From the NCBI RefSeq assembly GCF_018350175.1, contig NC_058368.1, positions 177,694,001 through 177,758,000 of the forward strand: 64,000 nt of DNA. Reading direction: 5' to 3'. The notes below the pieces were generated by a model. It saw only the letters and a list, made by a program, of their open reading frames with translations. It was not told where the DNA came from and made no database searches. Source of the DNA: Felis catus (Eukaryota). The position numbers were made by a program, and so were the translations under genes. Position 1 is the first letter of the stretch, and the number at the start of each line of letters is the position of its first letter. This document shows positions 12,095 to 24,299 of this stretch, one piece after another.

Positions 12095-12473
12095 GACTAT
12101 AGCTAAGAATTTGAGATTACTTAAAAATAAAATCTTAAAAAAAAAAAAAGATTTAGGCATGAGAAAGAATGAGAAAGTCTCAAGAGGAACTATAGGAGAG
12201 TGGAGGATGAGAGGTTAGTTGTCTTTGAGCCCATGCCAGTATCAGTTGGGACTGCTTTGTAATTTCTTTCTGGATTCTGGACCATGATTATTCAAACACA
12301 GCTTTGCACAGAGCCTGAGCGATGTGGGCACTATATCTCGTGTTACATAAAGAAATACATTTGTTTTTTAAATATCTTCAGCACCTAGTCTAGGTATTAT
12401 CTCATGGAATCAGGCAGTTAAAAAAAATACAGCATTTTTTTTCAGATTTACAAATGTAATGAATGCTCACTTT

Positions 12474-12683
12474 AAAAAAAATTTTTTTTAATGTTTATTT
12501 ATTTTTGAGAGAGAGAGAGTGTGAGCAGGGGAGGAGCAGAGAGGGGAGACACAGAATCCAAAGCAGGCTCCAGGCTCTGAGCTGTCAGCACAGAGCCCAA
12601 TGTGGGGCTCAAACCCATGAAACATGAGATCATGACCTGAGCCGAAGTCAGATGCTTAACTGACTGAGCCACCCAGGCACCCC
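12474..12683 (-). mobile_element. Felid SINE with 16-bp TSD
   Basis: TSD AATGAATGCTCACTTT at 12458-12473 and 12684-12699. Confidence 0.95.
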
Positions 12684-12779
12684 AATGAATGCTCACTTTT
12701 TAAAATACAGTAAAATTATTTAGGCCTATTCAAATTGGGAAAGTAAAAGTGCCCTTCTTTCCATAGTCCCATTCCTATT

Positions 12780-13255
12780 CCCAGGGATTAAGTGAGGTCA
12801 TAAAGATGAGCCCCAATTCAATAATGCTGGTACCCTCATAAGAAGAGGAACAGGGGCACCTGGGGGGCTCAGTCAGTTAAGCAGCGAACTCTTGATTTCT
12901 GCTCAGGTCATGATCTCAAGGTTTGTGGGTTTCAGCCCTGCACAGGGCTGTGTGATGACAACATGGAGCCTGCTTGGGATTCTCTCTCCCTCTCTCTCTG
13001 CCCCTCCCCCCTTCATGTTCTTTCTCTCTCTCTCAAGATAAATAAATACACATTTTAAAAAATGAAAATAAAAATAAACTTTAAAAATGAAGAGGAAAAG
13101 ACAAAGGCAGCCATCTACAAAGCCAGAAGAGAGCCCTTTCCAGGAACTGAATCAATAGGCACCTTAACCCAGCCTCCAAAACTAAGAAATAAATTTATAT
13201 TGTTTAAGCCACTAATCTATGGTATTTTGTTATGGCAGCCTGATCAGACTGATAT
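12780..13255 (+). mobile_element. MLT1 LTR fragment interrupted by a SINE
   Basis: GGATTAAGTGAGGTCATAA..., ends TTTAAGCCACTAATCTATGGTATTTTGTTATGGCAGCC. Confidence 0.65.
12853..13085 (+). mobile_element. Can-SINE
   Basis: GGGGCACCTGGGGGGCTCAGTCAGTTAAGC head, A-rich tail. Confidence 0.9.
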
Positions 13256-13408
13256 GTTTGTACATGTATCCTTATGGATGTCTAAACGTAGTTTCGTAAA
13301 TATATTCTAAGTAATGGACTTGTACAGTAAAAGGGCAGGTATGTGTTTACAAACATATACACACATAATGCATCTTTTTATTGTTTACATAGAGTCATAC
13401 TTTATATA

Positions 13409-13762
13409 TTGTCTTAGCCTGTTTGGGCTGTTGTAGAAAAATACAGTACATAATGTGTATCTTATAAACAACAGAAATTTCTTTCTCAACATTTCTGGAG
13501 GCTGGATGTTCAGGATCAGGGTGTCACTGTGGTCAGGTAAGGGTCCTCTCCAGATAACAGACTTCCTGTTCTGTCTTCACATGGTGGAAGGGGCAAGGGA
13601 GCTCTGTAGGATCCCTTTTATAAGCACACTAATCCCATTCATGAGGGCTCCATTTTCCTGACCTAATCACCTCCCAAAAGCCCTACCTATTAATATCGTC
13701 ATCATTGGGGGTAGGATTTCAACATAGGAATTTTGTGGGGACAGAAGCATTCAGATCATAGC
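13409..13762 (-). mobile_element. MLT1A-like LTR
   Basis: TGTCTTAG...AACAACAGAAATTT...CACCTCCCAAAAGCCC...CATTCAGATCATAGCA. Confidence 0.75.
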
Positions 13763-14361
13763 ACTGTTCCTCAACTTCCCTTCTTGATTTTGTGTAATTT
13801 AGCTAGCCTTCCATGATATAATATGTAGAGGCCCACTGCTTCCTTTTTAGGAGTTGTCTAATGGTCCACAGGATACATATATGCTATTGTTTTAATTCCA
13901 GGTTTTTTTATTCTTTCATTTGTTAACACATTTTGTGATGGAAATTTTCAAACATCGCAAAAATAGAATACTGTAATCAAAACCTACGTACCCATCACTC
14001 AGTTTCAACAGTGATCAACATCTAACTAATCTCGTTTCATATACACCCTCCCACTATCCTTCTCCCTCACCCTCTGCTGGATTAAAGAAAATCCCAGACA
14101 GCATATTTTCATCTATAAATACTTCAGCATGTATTTTTAAGAGACAACAATTCCTTCAAACCTAAACATAATACCATTATGATACAAATCAAAATTTTAA
14201 ATAATTACTAATATCATGAATTATCCAGTTAAGATTTCCCCAATTTCTCACAATTGGTTTGTTTGAATAAGGACGCAAACAAGGTCTACACATTACACAG
14301 TGAGACGTGTTGTCACTTAACATGTCCCTTTATCCTCTGTATTTCGTAAAAGTTAGCAGTT

Positions 14362-14535
14362 AGAGCTGCTGTGTCAAATGGTTAGTGGTTGCCACGAACT
14401 ACATGTGGCTACTTAAATTAACTAAAATGTGAAAGTCAGTTCCTCAGTCTCACTAGCCAAGTGCTCAATAGCCATGTATTGGATAGCACACAAAACCATT
14501 TCCATCACTGGAGAAAATTCTGTTGGACAGCTCTG
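14362..14535. mobile_element. MER3-like hAT-Charlie element
   Basis: CACATGTGGCTACT-like..TCAGTTCCTCAGTC..CAAGTGCTCAATAGCC..TTGGACAGC pattern. Confidence 0.65.
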
Positions 14536-15160
14536 ATGTAGCGGCTTCACCAGACTCATGTTCACTGTCTTGACAAGAACACTTCATAAGTGGCAAGAAT
14601 ACTTCCTGTTTTGACAAGAGACACACGATGCCTGGTTGTCTCTCTTTTTATGGTGTTATGTTCAGCTATTGTCAGCCTGATTCTTCCTTTATGAAGTTCT
14701 CCATTCACCTAAGTGTTGACTGATCACTGCCTCTTTTATTATTTCTAGTTTCACCACTCCCTCTGCATTTATTAACAAGAGAATTCTTCTATAAAGGAGA
14801 ACTTTTCCTTATCAACTATTTGGTTACCCTGAAAAATAGTCCATAAGTGATTGTATCTTTCCCTTTATTTACTTGTTTTCAGAATAACAGGTAGAACCCT
14901 AGCTGTCTACAAAGATGACTACATTTTTTTATTACCTTCGTGTATACATGAATTTTGACATAGCTAGTATTCAAATGTATTTTAAGAAATGTTTTTTCTT
15001 GCTCACAACGACCCATTTGGGCAGTGAGATCCCTTTCAAGTTGGCTTTAATATCTTTGTGAACATTACTTTCTAGTATGATAGAACATCCCAGGCTCACT
15101 TTATACATTTCCTGCCCCTGAACTGGATTCGGCCATTTCTTTAAGGATCCTGATCCCTTT

Positions 15161-15194
15161 ATTTTTTTATAAATGTTTATTTATTTATTTATTT

Positions 15195-15225
<31 letters not shown>

Positions 15226-15401
15226 TTGCACTCCCATGAGCATGGGAGGGGCAGAGAGAGGGGGAGAGAGAGAATCCCAAGCTGGCTCTGTGCTGTCAGA
15301 CCAGAGCCTGACTCAGGGCTCGATCTTACAAACCATGAGATCATGACCTAAGCCAGAATCTAGAGTCAGACATTTAACCAACTGAACCACCCAGGCACCC
15401 C
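15161..15401 (-). mobile_element. Can-SINE with TSD
   Basis: GGATCCTGATCCCTTTA flanks both sides. Confidence 0.92.
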
Positions 15402-16475
15402 TGGATCCTGATCCCTTTAATGGGAATGATATTAGAGATCACATTTTAGTTGTGAAAGGTGTTTTTTGCTATTGAGTTGGTTATTTTTCTAGGACTTTTC
15501 AATGGACAGTGCATACATAAAAGGCATTATACTATCCTCATTGTTTTGCATTTTCTTTTTTTTTTTTTTCCCTCACTTAGCATGGACATCACTCCATGGC
15601 ACAGCATGTAAAGGTTTGTCGGTTGCTTTTTTTCACATCCCATTTTAGAGCTGCACAGTGTGGCTGTACTCCAGTTTACATATCCAGTTTCCTATCAATG
15701 GGCATTTGGGTTGTTTCCAGTTGTGTGCTATTGCAATCAGCACAGCAATGAATAGCCTTGAACATGCATCAGTTTGTGGTTGTACCAGGTTTTGGTGGCA
15801 TTATGATGGGCCAACTTGGCTAGGGTGGTTTATAGTTAGGGTGGTTGACAATAATATTTTCACAAGAAATTTGGTGGGCAGAGGAGAAGCAGCAGCCATG
15901 CTGGGTTTCATGCACAGAAGGTTGGGGCAGGTACTTCTGCTGTGGCTAATGCACACGGTGGCTTATATACCACCTCACCGGTTTGGCATGGGGCAGAATG
16001 CGGGCCTACCCCTGCTCCACCTCCCCTTGCATCCTCATTCAGTTTCCTGACTCCTAGGTCTCATGGGTGCCTAGTTCAGGGACAAAGACACCACCTCCTG
16101 CGAGATACCCAGTCCCTCAAGATTGGGGGCAGTGAGAACTGGCATTGGTTGTGGTCTGTCCTCATGGGTTTCAGCTCACGTTCACCAATGGCTTGTCCTG
16201 TGCTCTCTCACTGTATATCCATCTGTGCCTCCTGACTGCCCTGCAGACTTCAAGCTGCAGATCAGACATGAGGATGGCAGCCTTGCAGCTCCCACACCGC
16301 AACTGACTTTGGCTAGATGTTGCCCATCCCCCTTTACATGAGATGTAAAATGTTGTACTCCCGCCAACCTGTGTCCTCACAGTATCATCTACAGAGTATG
16401 TTGTGAAACTTTTAGATTTTTGCCAATCGTATAGATAAGTAATATAATCTGTTGTGGATTTAACTTGCACTTGTC

Positions 16476-16553
16476 TCATACCCTATTTTATTTAACCTCT
16501 CTATTGTTAGACATCATACCCTATTTTATTTAACCTCTCTATTGTTAGACATC
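16476..16553. repeat. Perfect 38-bp tandem duplication
   Basis: TCATACCCTATTTTATTTAACCTCTCTATTGTTAGACA twice. Confidence 0.95.
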
Positions 16554-16679
16554 TGGGTTATTTTTGGTTTTTCAATGCTGTGGACTATAAAATGATGAAC
16601 ATCCTTAAACATACATGTATTCCTGAAAGTTAAGTCTTCAGGCAATGCCACAGCTTTGTTTTTGTTTGTTTAAGAGATA

Positions 16680-17300
16680 CACAATACACAGTAAAATTCA
16701 CCTTTTTAGGGTGAGGCTCTACAGGTTTTGACAAGTACATGGAGTTGTACAACTATTAGTCCAATCAATATAGAGAGCAGTTTCATCACCCCAAAATCCC
16801 CTGGTATTTTTGCAGTCAGCCTCTCCCCACCACCTCCAGCTTCTGACAATCACTAATCTGTTTTCTCTCCCTGTTTTTGCCTTTTCTAAATTGTCATATA
16901 AATGGAACCACACAGTACATCGGTTTTTGAGTCTGGCTTCTTTCACTTAGCATAATGAATTTGGGGTTCATCCATACATTCATTGTTTATTATTTTACTG
17001 CTAAGCAGCATTCTGTACTATATGTACGATAGTTCATCTACTTATCAATGAAGGATTTATAAGTGTTTTCCGGTTTTTAGCATTTACAAATAAAGCCACT
17101 ATCCACATTCTTATACTGATATCTATGTCAATATACATGTTAGTTAAAAATTGGGTAACTGCTCGGGAATGGGATTGCTGGAGCATGTGGTAATAGCATG
17201 TTTAACTTTATAAGAAAAGGCCAAACTGCTTTTCTAAGTGGCTGTAGAAATTTACATTTCCACAATCAGTGTTTGAGAGTACGAGTTGGCTCCTCCTCCT
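16680..17300 (-). mobile_element. Old L1M 3' end
   Basis: TCTGGCTTCTTTCACTTAGCATAATG and GGGATTGCTGG..ATGTTTAACTTT hallmarks. Confidence 0.75.
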
Positions 17301-17433
17301 TGCCAGCAGTTGCTACTGTCATTTCTTTTTTACTTATTGCTTTATTGAAGTGTACCTGATATCAGTAAACTTGCATGTTTCAAGAGCGTACAAACTAGAT
17401 GGCACGCCTTGGGCTCAGAAACAGTTCATGTCT

Positions 17434-17640
17434 GGAGCGTCTGGGTGGCTCAGTTAAGTATCCGACTCTTGATTTTGGCTCAAGTCATGGTCTCATGGTT
17501 TGTGAGTTCAAGCCCACATTGGGCTTTGCAGTGACAGCACAGAGTCTGCTTGGGGTTCTCTCTCTCCCTCTCTCTGCCCCCTGCCTACTCACAATCTCTC
17601 CCCACCTTCTCTCTCTCTCAAAATAAATAAATAAACATTT
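17434..17640 (+). mobile_element. Can-SINE
   Basis: Typical head, CT tract and tail; flanking AAACAGTTCA repeat. Confidence 0.9.
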
Positions 17641-18561
17641 TTTAAGGAATAAAACAGTTCACATCCAAATCAGGGGAATAAAGAATCCTTTCAAAAGAGG
17701 TGGCATTTGAACTGATTCCTAAAGCATCAATGAGGAGCACAGGGAGCCATGTTCTAGGCAAGGAAAAGAAAATGAGCAAATAAACGAAGGGAACATAGAT
17801 AGGACTTGTAAGGGATCAGCCAAGTCATTCTTGTGCCTGAGGTTACAGTAAGCAAAATTATCCTATCACCGGATAATGGTATTTAGAAATTAACAGCTAG
17901 GTGCTAGATGTGCTTATTGGTAGTAGGATGTCATCTGTCTGTAAGTGTGCATATGTATGTGTGTGCATGTATTGTATGTACACACACACACACACACATG
18001 AGTTCATATCTCCAATTCCAAACCTACATCATAGCTTTCATTCAGTCTTTCCCTTTTTTTATTTTAATTGCTTTTTCTGACAGAAACTTGGCTCTCACTA
18101 TCCATAATATATTTACTTATTGTCTTCAGTATACATAAAGTAGTTGCAGAGTGCTAATCCATATCTGTGACAAAAACAAACTGCTAAAAAAGTATTTGTG
18201 TTCAATTTTTTCTCTTTGATCTTAGAGGATATTAGTATGTATAGAGTCAAAATATTATTTTCCAAAGTTACTTAGGCTAGTTCTTTTCTGCTGCTACCCC
18301 AGTATGGTTATGTTGTTCAATACAGTTAGGTTTTCGTGTATATTCCATTTGGGGCTATAGCTCATCCTTGTTGATTATATTTTATTTATACTTTTAGCAT
18401 GTGAAACAGTTGCATGGCTCTAAATGTGAGAAATATATGAAAAGGATTGCTCAGGGAGGAGTCCTTACCCTTTCTACCCTATTGCCATCCACTGCCTATG
18501 GATAACCAATCTCATTAGTTTTTGGTGATTCTTTCTGTGTTTCTTTTTGCCCAGTTGAGAT

Positions 18562-19797
18562 GCAGAGACCATTAGGGTGAAGTATGTGAGGAACTCACTT
18601 TGGGCACAAAATTAAGGGGGGAGGAAACTGCAGTCAAAAAAGTAATATTTTAGTGCAGTATTTTTAAAATAAAAATTAAGGCAAAAAATCTGTGATGACA
18701 AAATATCAAATTTTTGAATAAATATGACCATAGAGCTGAGCCATATTGGAATCTGAGGCAAAAGGAAAAATGTGTGCCTTTATGTATACGTTTTTAAGAG
18801 GTTGCTAATGGCTAATTTTCCCTAAGAACATTAAGGCAGATGAAAAAATACTGAAAAATTTAAAAGTAGGTAGATTAATACAACATTATTTTATTTTATT
18901 TATTTTTATAGCACAACTTATATACTTCAAATGGATAAAAAGTTAGTATCTTTTACAGTATCTTAAGATAAATTGCCTTTGAATGGGAACCTCCTTTTCA
19001 GTACTTTGAGGTTTACAAGACAAATCTAGAAAATTTGCTACTGTGGAAAATGAAGACTGCTTAAATTGAATGGGCGGGTCAAGGCGGGATGGCCTGTGGT
19101 TTTTCTTTTTGATTAATTGCTATAACACTGTCCTTCAGGCAGCTGAGGGAATTTCATGGGTTTTTTTTTTAGACATCATGAGGCATCAAAGCTCTTGCAG
19201 GACAACTCTGATGCTATATGAATTCTGTCATTTTGCTAGCACTGGTAGGGCTCTTGGGTCCACCATTGCAGTAGAACTATTAACTCCATTCATATTAATT
19301 TCTGTTACAAATATTGTAAAGGGGGGTGCTTCTGGGTATTTAGGTCCCCATTTTAAGGCTGTAAATTCAGTTTTCATAAACTGTTCCAGTCCATGGTGGC
19401 TGCCATCTTGTGTCACTGACTCTCCTCACATTATTTTTAATTTAAATATTTTTTTATACCAAAACAGACCTTACTATAGTTTTACTTCAGCTTAAGTTAA
19501 TTAAAAATTATTTAAGGTTGCCACTTGGTCAAAAGAAATGATCAAGGGACCTCTGGCTGGCCCAGTCCATAGAGTATATGATTCTTGATCTTGGAGTTGT
19601 GAGTTTAAGCTCTGTATGAAAATAATAATAAAATAAAATAAATGATCAAAATAAATAAAATAAAATAAATTCCCTCATGTGAAAACAATATAAGCAAAGA
19701 AGTGGATTTTGAAAATATTTATGAGTTTGCTTCCATTAGAGCGAATGGTGTATATTTTTCCTTTTGCTTAAGCTCCACTATGGCTCACAGGGCCTGG
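18562..19797. mobile_element. hAT (Tip100-like) DNA transposon remnant hosting the UBE2V1 retrocopy and a short SINE
   Basis: Inverted repeat TGAGCCATATTGGAATCTGAGGCAAAAGGAAAAA (about 18737) versus TTTTTCCTTTTGCTTAAGCTCCACTATGGCTCA (about 19756). Confidence 0.55.
18893..19427 (-). pseudogene. UBE2V1: Processed pseudogene of UBE2V1 (UEV1), decayed and lacking exon 2
   Basis: [53 protein letters not shown] plus 3'UTR; intronless; A-rich tail; TSD ACATTATTTT at 18883-18892 and 19428-19437; stops and frameshifts. Confidence 0.93.
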
Positions 19798-20359
19798 TTG
19801 AGCAGATAGATGCATAGTTTCTTATTTTCCCCTCTCCTCATTACACAAAAGGTAGCCTACTATGGGCACTCTTTACACATTGCTCTTTTTCATCCTAAGA
19901 GTTGCTCTGTGTCAGTTCATAGAGGATTCAGAGATTCTGGGGGGAGTGACCTATCAAAGGTCAACCAGAGGGTACAATGTTTAGCCCAGGAATTGGGCCA
20001 CATCAGGGGCTGTTTGTGAAGAAGTCATGAAAGTATTCCACAAGCCCCAAGCCAGCATTTGCAGCACCTGCTGCAGGAGGACAGTGATGCCAGACTAAAC
20101 CACCACCATCAAAGCAGACCTTGCTTTTTTCTCCCCGTCCCTCCTTTCCGTCCTGACTATGGGGCACCCAGAAACAGCAGGAAGCTTAGGAGTGACCATG
20201 GTCAAGAAATAGAAAAAAAAAAAGAAGACCACGTTTTTCCTTTACTCCTACAAGTTTCGAGCCTACATGGGTCTCAGAAAATTTCATCTGCACCAGGAAT
20301 TGAAGCTCTGACTTAAATCCACTGGATTTTTGGCACCTGAAAATGAGACTATTCTAATA

Positions 20360-21112
20360 CAGTAAAACCTTGGTTTGCAAGCATAATTCATTCCAGAAAC
20401 ATTCTTGGAATCCAAAGCACTTGTATATCAAAGCGAATTTCCCTGTAAGAAATAATGGAAACTCAGATTATTCATTCCACAACCCAAAAATATTCATATA
20501 AAAATGATTACAGTATTGTAACATAATACAAAATAATAAAGAAAATACAAAAGATAAAGAAAAATAAACAAGTTAACCTGCACTTACCTTTGAAAACCTT
20601 CGTGGCTGGTGTGAGAGGAGGGTTATTGTGTAGGATGACTTTCACTACCACTAACAGAATCACTGCTGTTTATTGGCTCAATGGAATCTTCTCCTGCATG
20701 GCGGCTATTGTATATAGGTAATAAGGATTAGGTCACTAAAGTTTAGGAGCCACAAGAATTCAATATGGATAATGAGGGTAGAAAACATTGCAGATCAGCT
20801 CTCACAGATGCTGACTACAGTACAGTATTAACAAATTCTTTGTCATCTACGTATTTAATGTAACTGGCAATAAGGCAGCAGAGGAAAGGGTCTATATCTG
20901 CAGGCAGCCTGACCTAGAATGGAGCAAAGCATTCCTAAGCTTACTCTTGTATGGAAAAGCAAAGGACTGTCCATGTGCTTTGAAGTGACAAAAAATACAC
21001 TAAGTGCCAGTTGTGGGCACCTTCCAACGTTCTAAAAATTCACTGATTTCTGCCAAACACCACGGCCTGAGACTGAGCATCTGGGCATGGGAGACGATCA
21101 TGCACAATCCCG

Positions 21113-21152
<40 letters not shown>

Positions 21153-21303
21153 CACTGGCTCAGTTGTCATCATGTGATGTCTGGCATCACGTACTACTCA
21201 TATTGCAAGACATCACTCATTTATCAAGTTAAAATTTATTAGAATGTTTGCTCATCTTGCACAACACTTGCAGAACAAGTTACTCACAATCCAGGTTTTA
21301 CTG
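20360..21303. mobile_element. Non-autonomous Tc1/mariner-pogo (Tigger-like) DNA transposon
   Basis: Terminal inverted repeats CAGTAAAACCT...AGGTTTTACTG flanked by TA on both sides; second copy at 2653-3403. Confidence 0.88.
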
Positions 21304-22154
21304 TACCCGATAGTGACAGAAAATCTAAGTGGTCTGCTCAGCACACTACACAGATGGAAAAGGGGAATTGACCAAGTAGGTTTAAAGAGTAGTGGTGAGA
21401 AAGAATAAAGCTGTTTCCTGCTTCTCTCCTACCAAGTCCTGCTGGCTAAATATGCAACATTCACAAAAGAAGCTAACTCAAGCCAGCCAGGGAAAAAAGA
21501 GATAAAGCAGCATTCAGGTGGGATTTGATATACAGTGGCATAAGGTGCCATCAAGGTCACTGTGACTTAAAGTTTCTCTGCTCCACCCTCGGCAGCTATG
21601 TACGTGATTTGAATTCCCTCGTAAGACCAACACGGACAAACTTTCTATTAATTCTGGGGCTGGGGGTTGAGAGAGTAGAGACATCCTTCTTTGAACTGTC
21701 AAGGAAAAGTCTAGGGATTCTCTCTGATTTAATTCTTAGGTCACACGTTCCCCCTTACCCCCATCTATGGCCTGAGAAATGCTATGCGATGATTGGCTCA
21801 GGCCCAGGCTCCCTGTTCATGTCATCCAGTCCCTGTGGGAGTGGAAGGAGGATTACAGCGAAAGGTTGAGGCCACCCAGAACACATCTAGGAATTGAGGA
21901 AAGGCTCAGTTCTATCCAAGGCCCATGGCTAGAAAATTCAGGATCCTCTAGGTCATCGAGTGGACATTGAAGAGGCAACTTCAGGATATGTTTTGTCTGT
22001 TGTTGGTTGAATCTATTAACCTACTATAAATGGTAATAATAACAATCAGTTTTTGAGTACTTTCTATGTGCCAATCGCTGTATTAAATACTTCCTGAACA
22101 TCACCTCATTTAATCCTCATTACAACTCTGTGGGGCTGGAACTATTTTAATGTC

Positions 22155-22760
22155 TGTATTAGTTTGCAAAGGTTGCTATAAAGAAGTGTAATGAAGACTG
22201 GGTGGCTTCAAAGAAAGGAAAGTTACTGTCTCGTGGTTCTGGAGGCAGGAAGTCTGAGATTGACACCTTGGCAGGGATGGTACCTCAGCTTTTAGAAACA
22301 TCATCTTGATCTCTGCCTTCATCTTCATGTGTCATCCTGTGTATGTGTGTGCATGTGTCCAAACATCCCTTTTTTTAAAGAGTTTATTTATTTTTGAGAG
22401 AGAGAGAGTGTGTGTGTGCTCAAGCAGGAAAGGGGCAGAGAGTGACAGGGAGACAGAGAATCCCAAGCAGATTCTGCCATCAGCACAGAGCCAGACACAG
22501 GGCTCCAATCCACGAACTGCGAGATCATGACCTGAGCCGAAATCAAGAGTCCAGTGCTCAACCAACTGAGCCACCCAGGCGCCCTCCAAATATCCCCTTT
22601 TAATAAGGACTTCCATTGTGTTGGATTAGGGATCCACCCTGCTCCAATATGACCTCATTTTAACTTAACTAATTATATCAGCAACAACCCTATTCCCAAA
22701 TAAGGTCACATTCTGAAGAACTGGGGGCTAAGACTTCAACATATGAAGACACAATCCCAC
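22155..22760 (-). mobile_element. MLT1-type LTR interrupted by a SINE
   Basis: TGTATTAGTTT...GGTTCTGGAGGCAGGAAGTCTGAGAT...CCCTATTCCCAAATAAGGTCACATTCTGA. Confidence 0.7.
22371..22584 (-). mobile_element. Can-SINE
   Basis: TSD-like TCCAAA[C/T]ATCCC. Confidence 0.9.
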
Positions 22761-23850
22761 CCATTTTGCAGATGTGAAAATGGGATTAAACAGGTTAACT
22801 ATCTTTCCCAAACCCATAGCCAATAAAAGAGAGAGACAGACCTCTGCTTGCCTCCTAAGGCTATTGGGCTGCAGATAATCATTACCCAATAGACTATGCT
22901 TTCTACAAAAGAAGCAAAACCATTTAACTCAGGACTTCTTTCTTATGTTAACCTATTAGAAATAAAAATAATTTTATATCAATGCATTTTGATATCTTCC
23001 CCATCATCCTCCTGTATTTTCAGCCTACCCACCCAAAGCAGATTTTGAAACACTTTTCTTTGAACTAAGAAATGTACTACCCACTATTTCACTATTAACT
23101 ATTTCAGATATCGGCATTATTTGAAGAGATTTAATAAAGAGATTTTTTGGACTGTATTTAATTGAAAAAGACACCATGCCAAGACTATGCAATATAAAAT
23201 TGGAGGCTAGATCAAGGGATGAGCCTGAACTTCCTTCTTCCTCTCTACTCTTCTATTATCACATATTTTAGATCTATTTTTTCATCATGTCCTTGCTTGA
23301 GACTTCCAGCTGTAGAGAGGGAAGGCAGAGTTCAATAAGAGAAGATGTAAGGACCACCATGGGTGAAGATGACAATCAAGTGGCCAAGATGTACTATGTG
23401 TGGATTTCAAGATTTCCCCAAACAGCCTCTTTCAAGATGGAGAAATTTTGCTGCAGTGAGGTTTAAGCTAGTTAGAAGAAGGAATGGGCATTCCTTCCAT
23501 TGACTTCCAATAATAAACTTCAGCATGTTTTACTGTATCTACAGAACTATCTTTTCTCACAGTGAGTTTTTAAGGGTAAGGAACTAATGTCACTTTTGCA
23601 TGCTCCCCTAATCCATAGACTGGAAGGAAGGGAGGAGGAGAGGGAGGAAAAGCCAGGAAAAATATTAATGCCTCTACATTAGGATTATACTAAGGCAGCT
23701 CATGCTATTTGAATTCTTCATCTGTTTTCTAGGGCTGATAATTTTTTCTTGTTTTTTTTTTTTTTTTTTTTTTTTTGCCTGCCATATGACAATAACTAGA
23801 AGGGTCAATGATACCATCCACAGACTAACCCCTCTTTAAGAATATTGCCT

Positions 23851-24030
23851 GTGGGTGTCTGGGTGGCTCAGTCAGTTAAGTGTCCGACTCTTGATTTTGG
23901 CTCGCGTCATGATCTCACCAACTGTGAGATCCTCATGTCAGGCTCCAGTCAACACAGAGCCTGCTTGGGATTCTCTCTCTTTCTCTCTCTCTGACTCTCC
24001 CCTGCTCTGTCTCTCAAAAAAAAAAAAAAA
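23851..24030 (+). mobile_element. Can-SINE
   Basis: TSD AAGAATATTGC. Confidence 0.9.
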
Positions 24031-24299
24031 AGAATATTGCATCTTTAAAAATTACTATAAAAATTACTATAAAAATAGTAATAGTAATAGTAATTTTTAA
24101 AGAGGGTGGTGTAGGTAGAATTCATGAGCAGGAAGAATGATAGCATACTTAGAAATTTATCTTTACACTTTTTATTAGAAATTATTCAGTAGGTAATAAG
24201 GATTAGTCACTAAAGTTTAGGAACCACAAGCAATCAATACAGATAATGAGGGTAGAAAATATTGCAGATCAGCTTTTACATCCCTACTTCAACCTCCTA

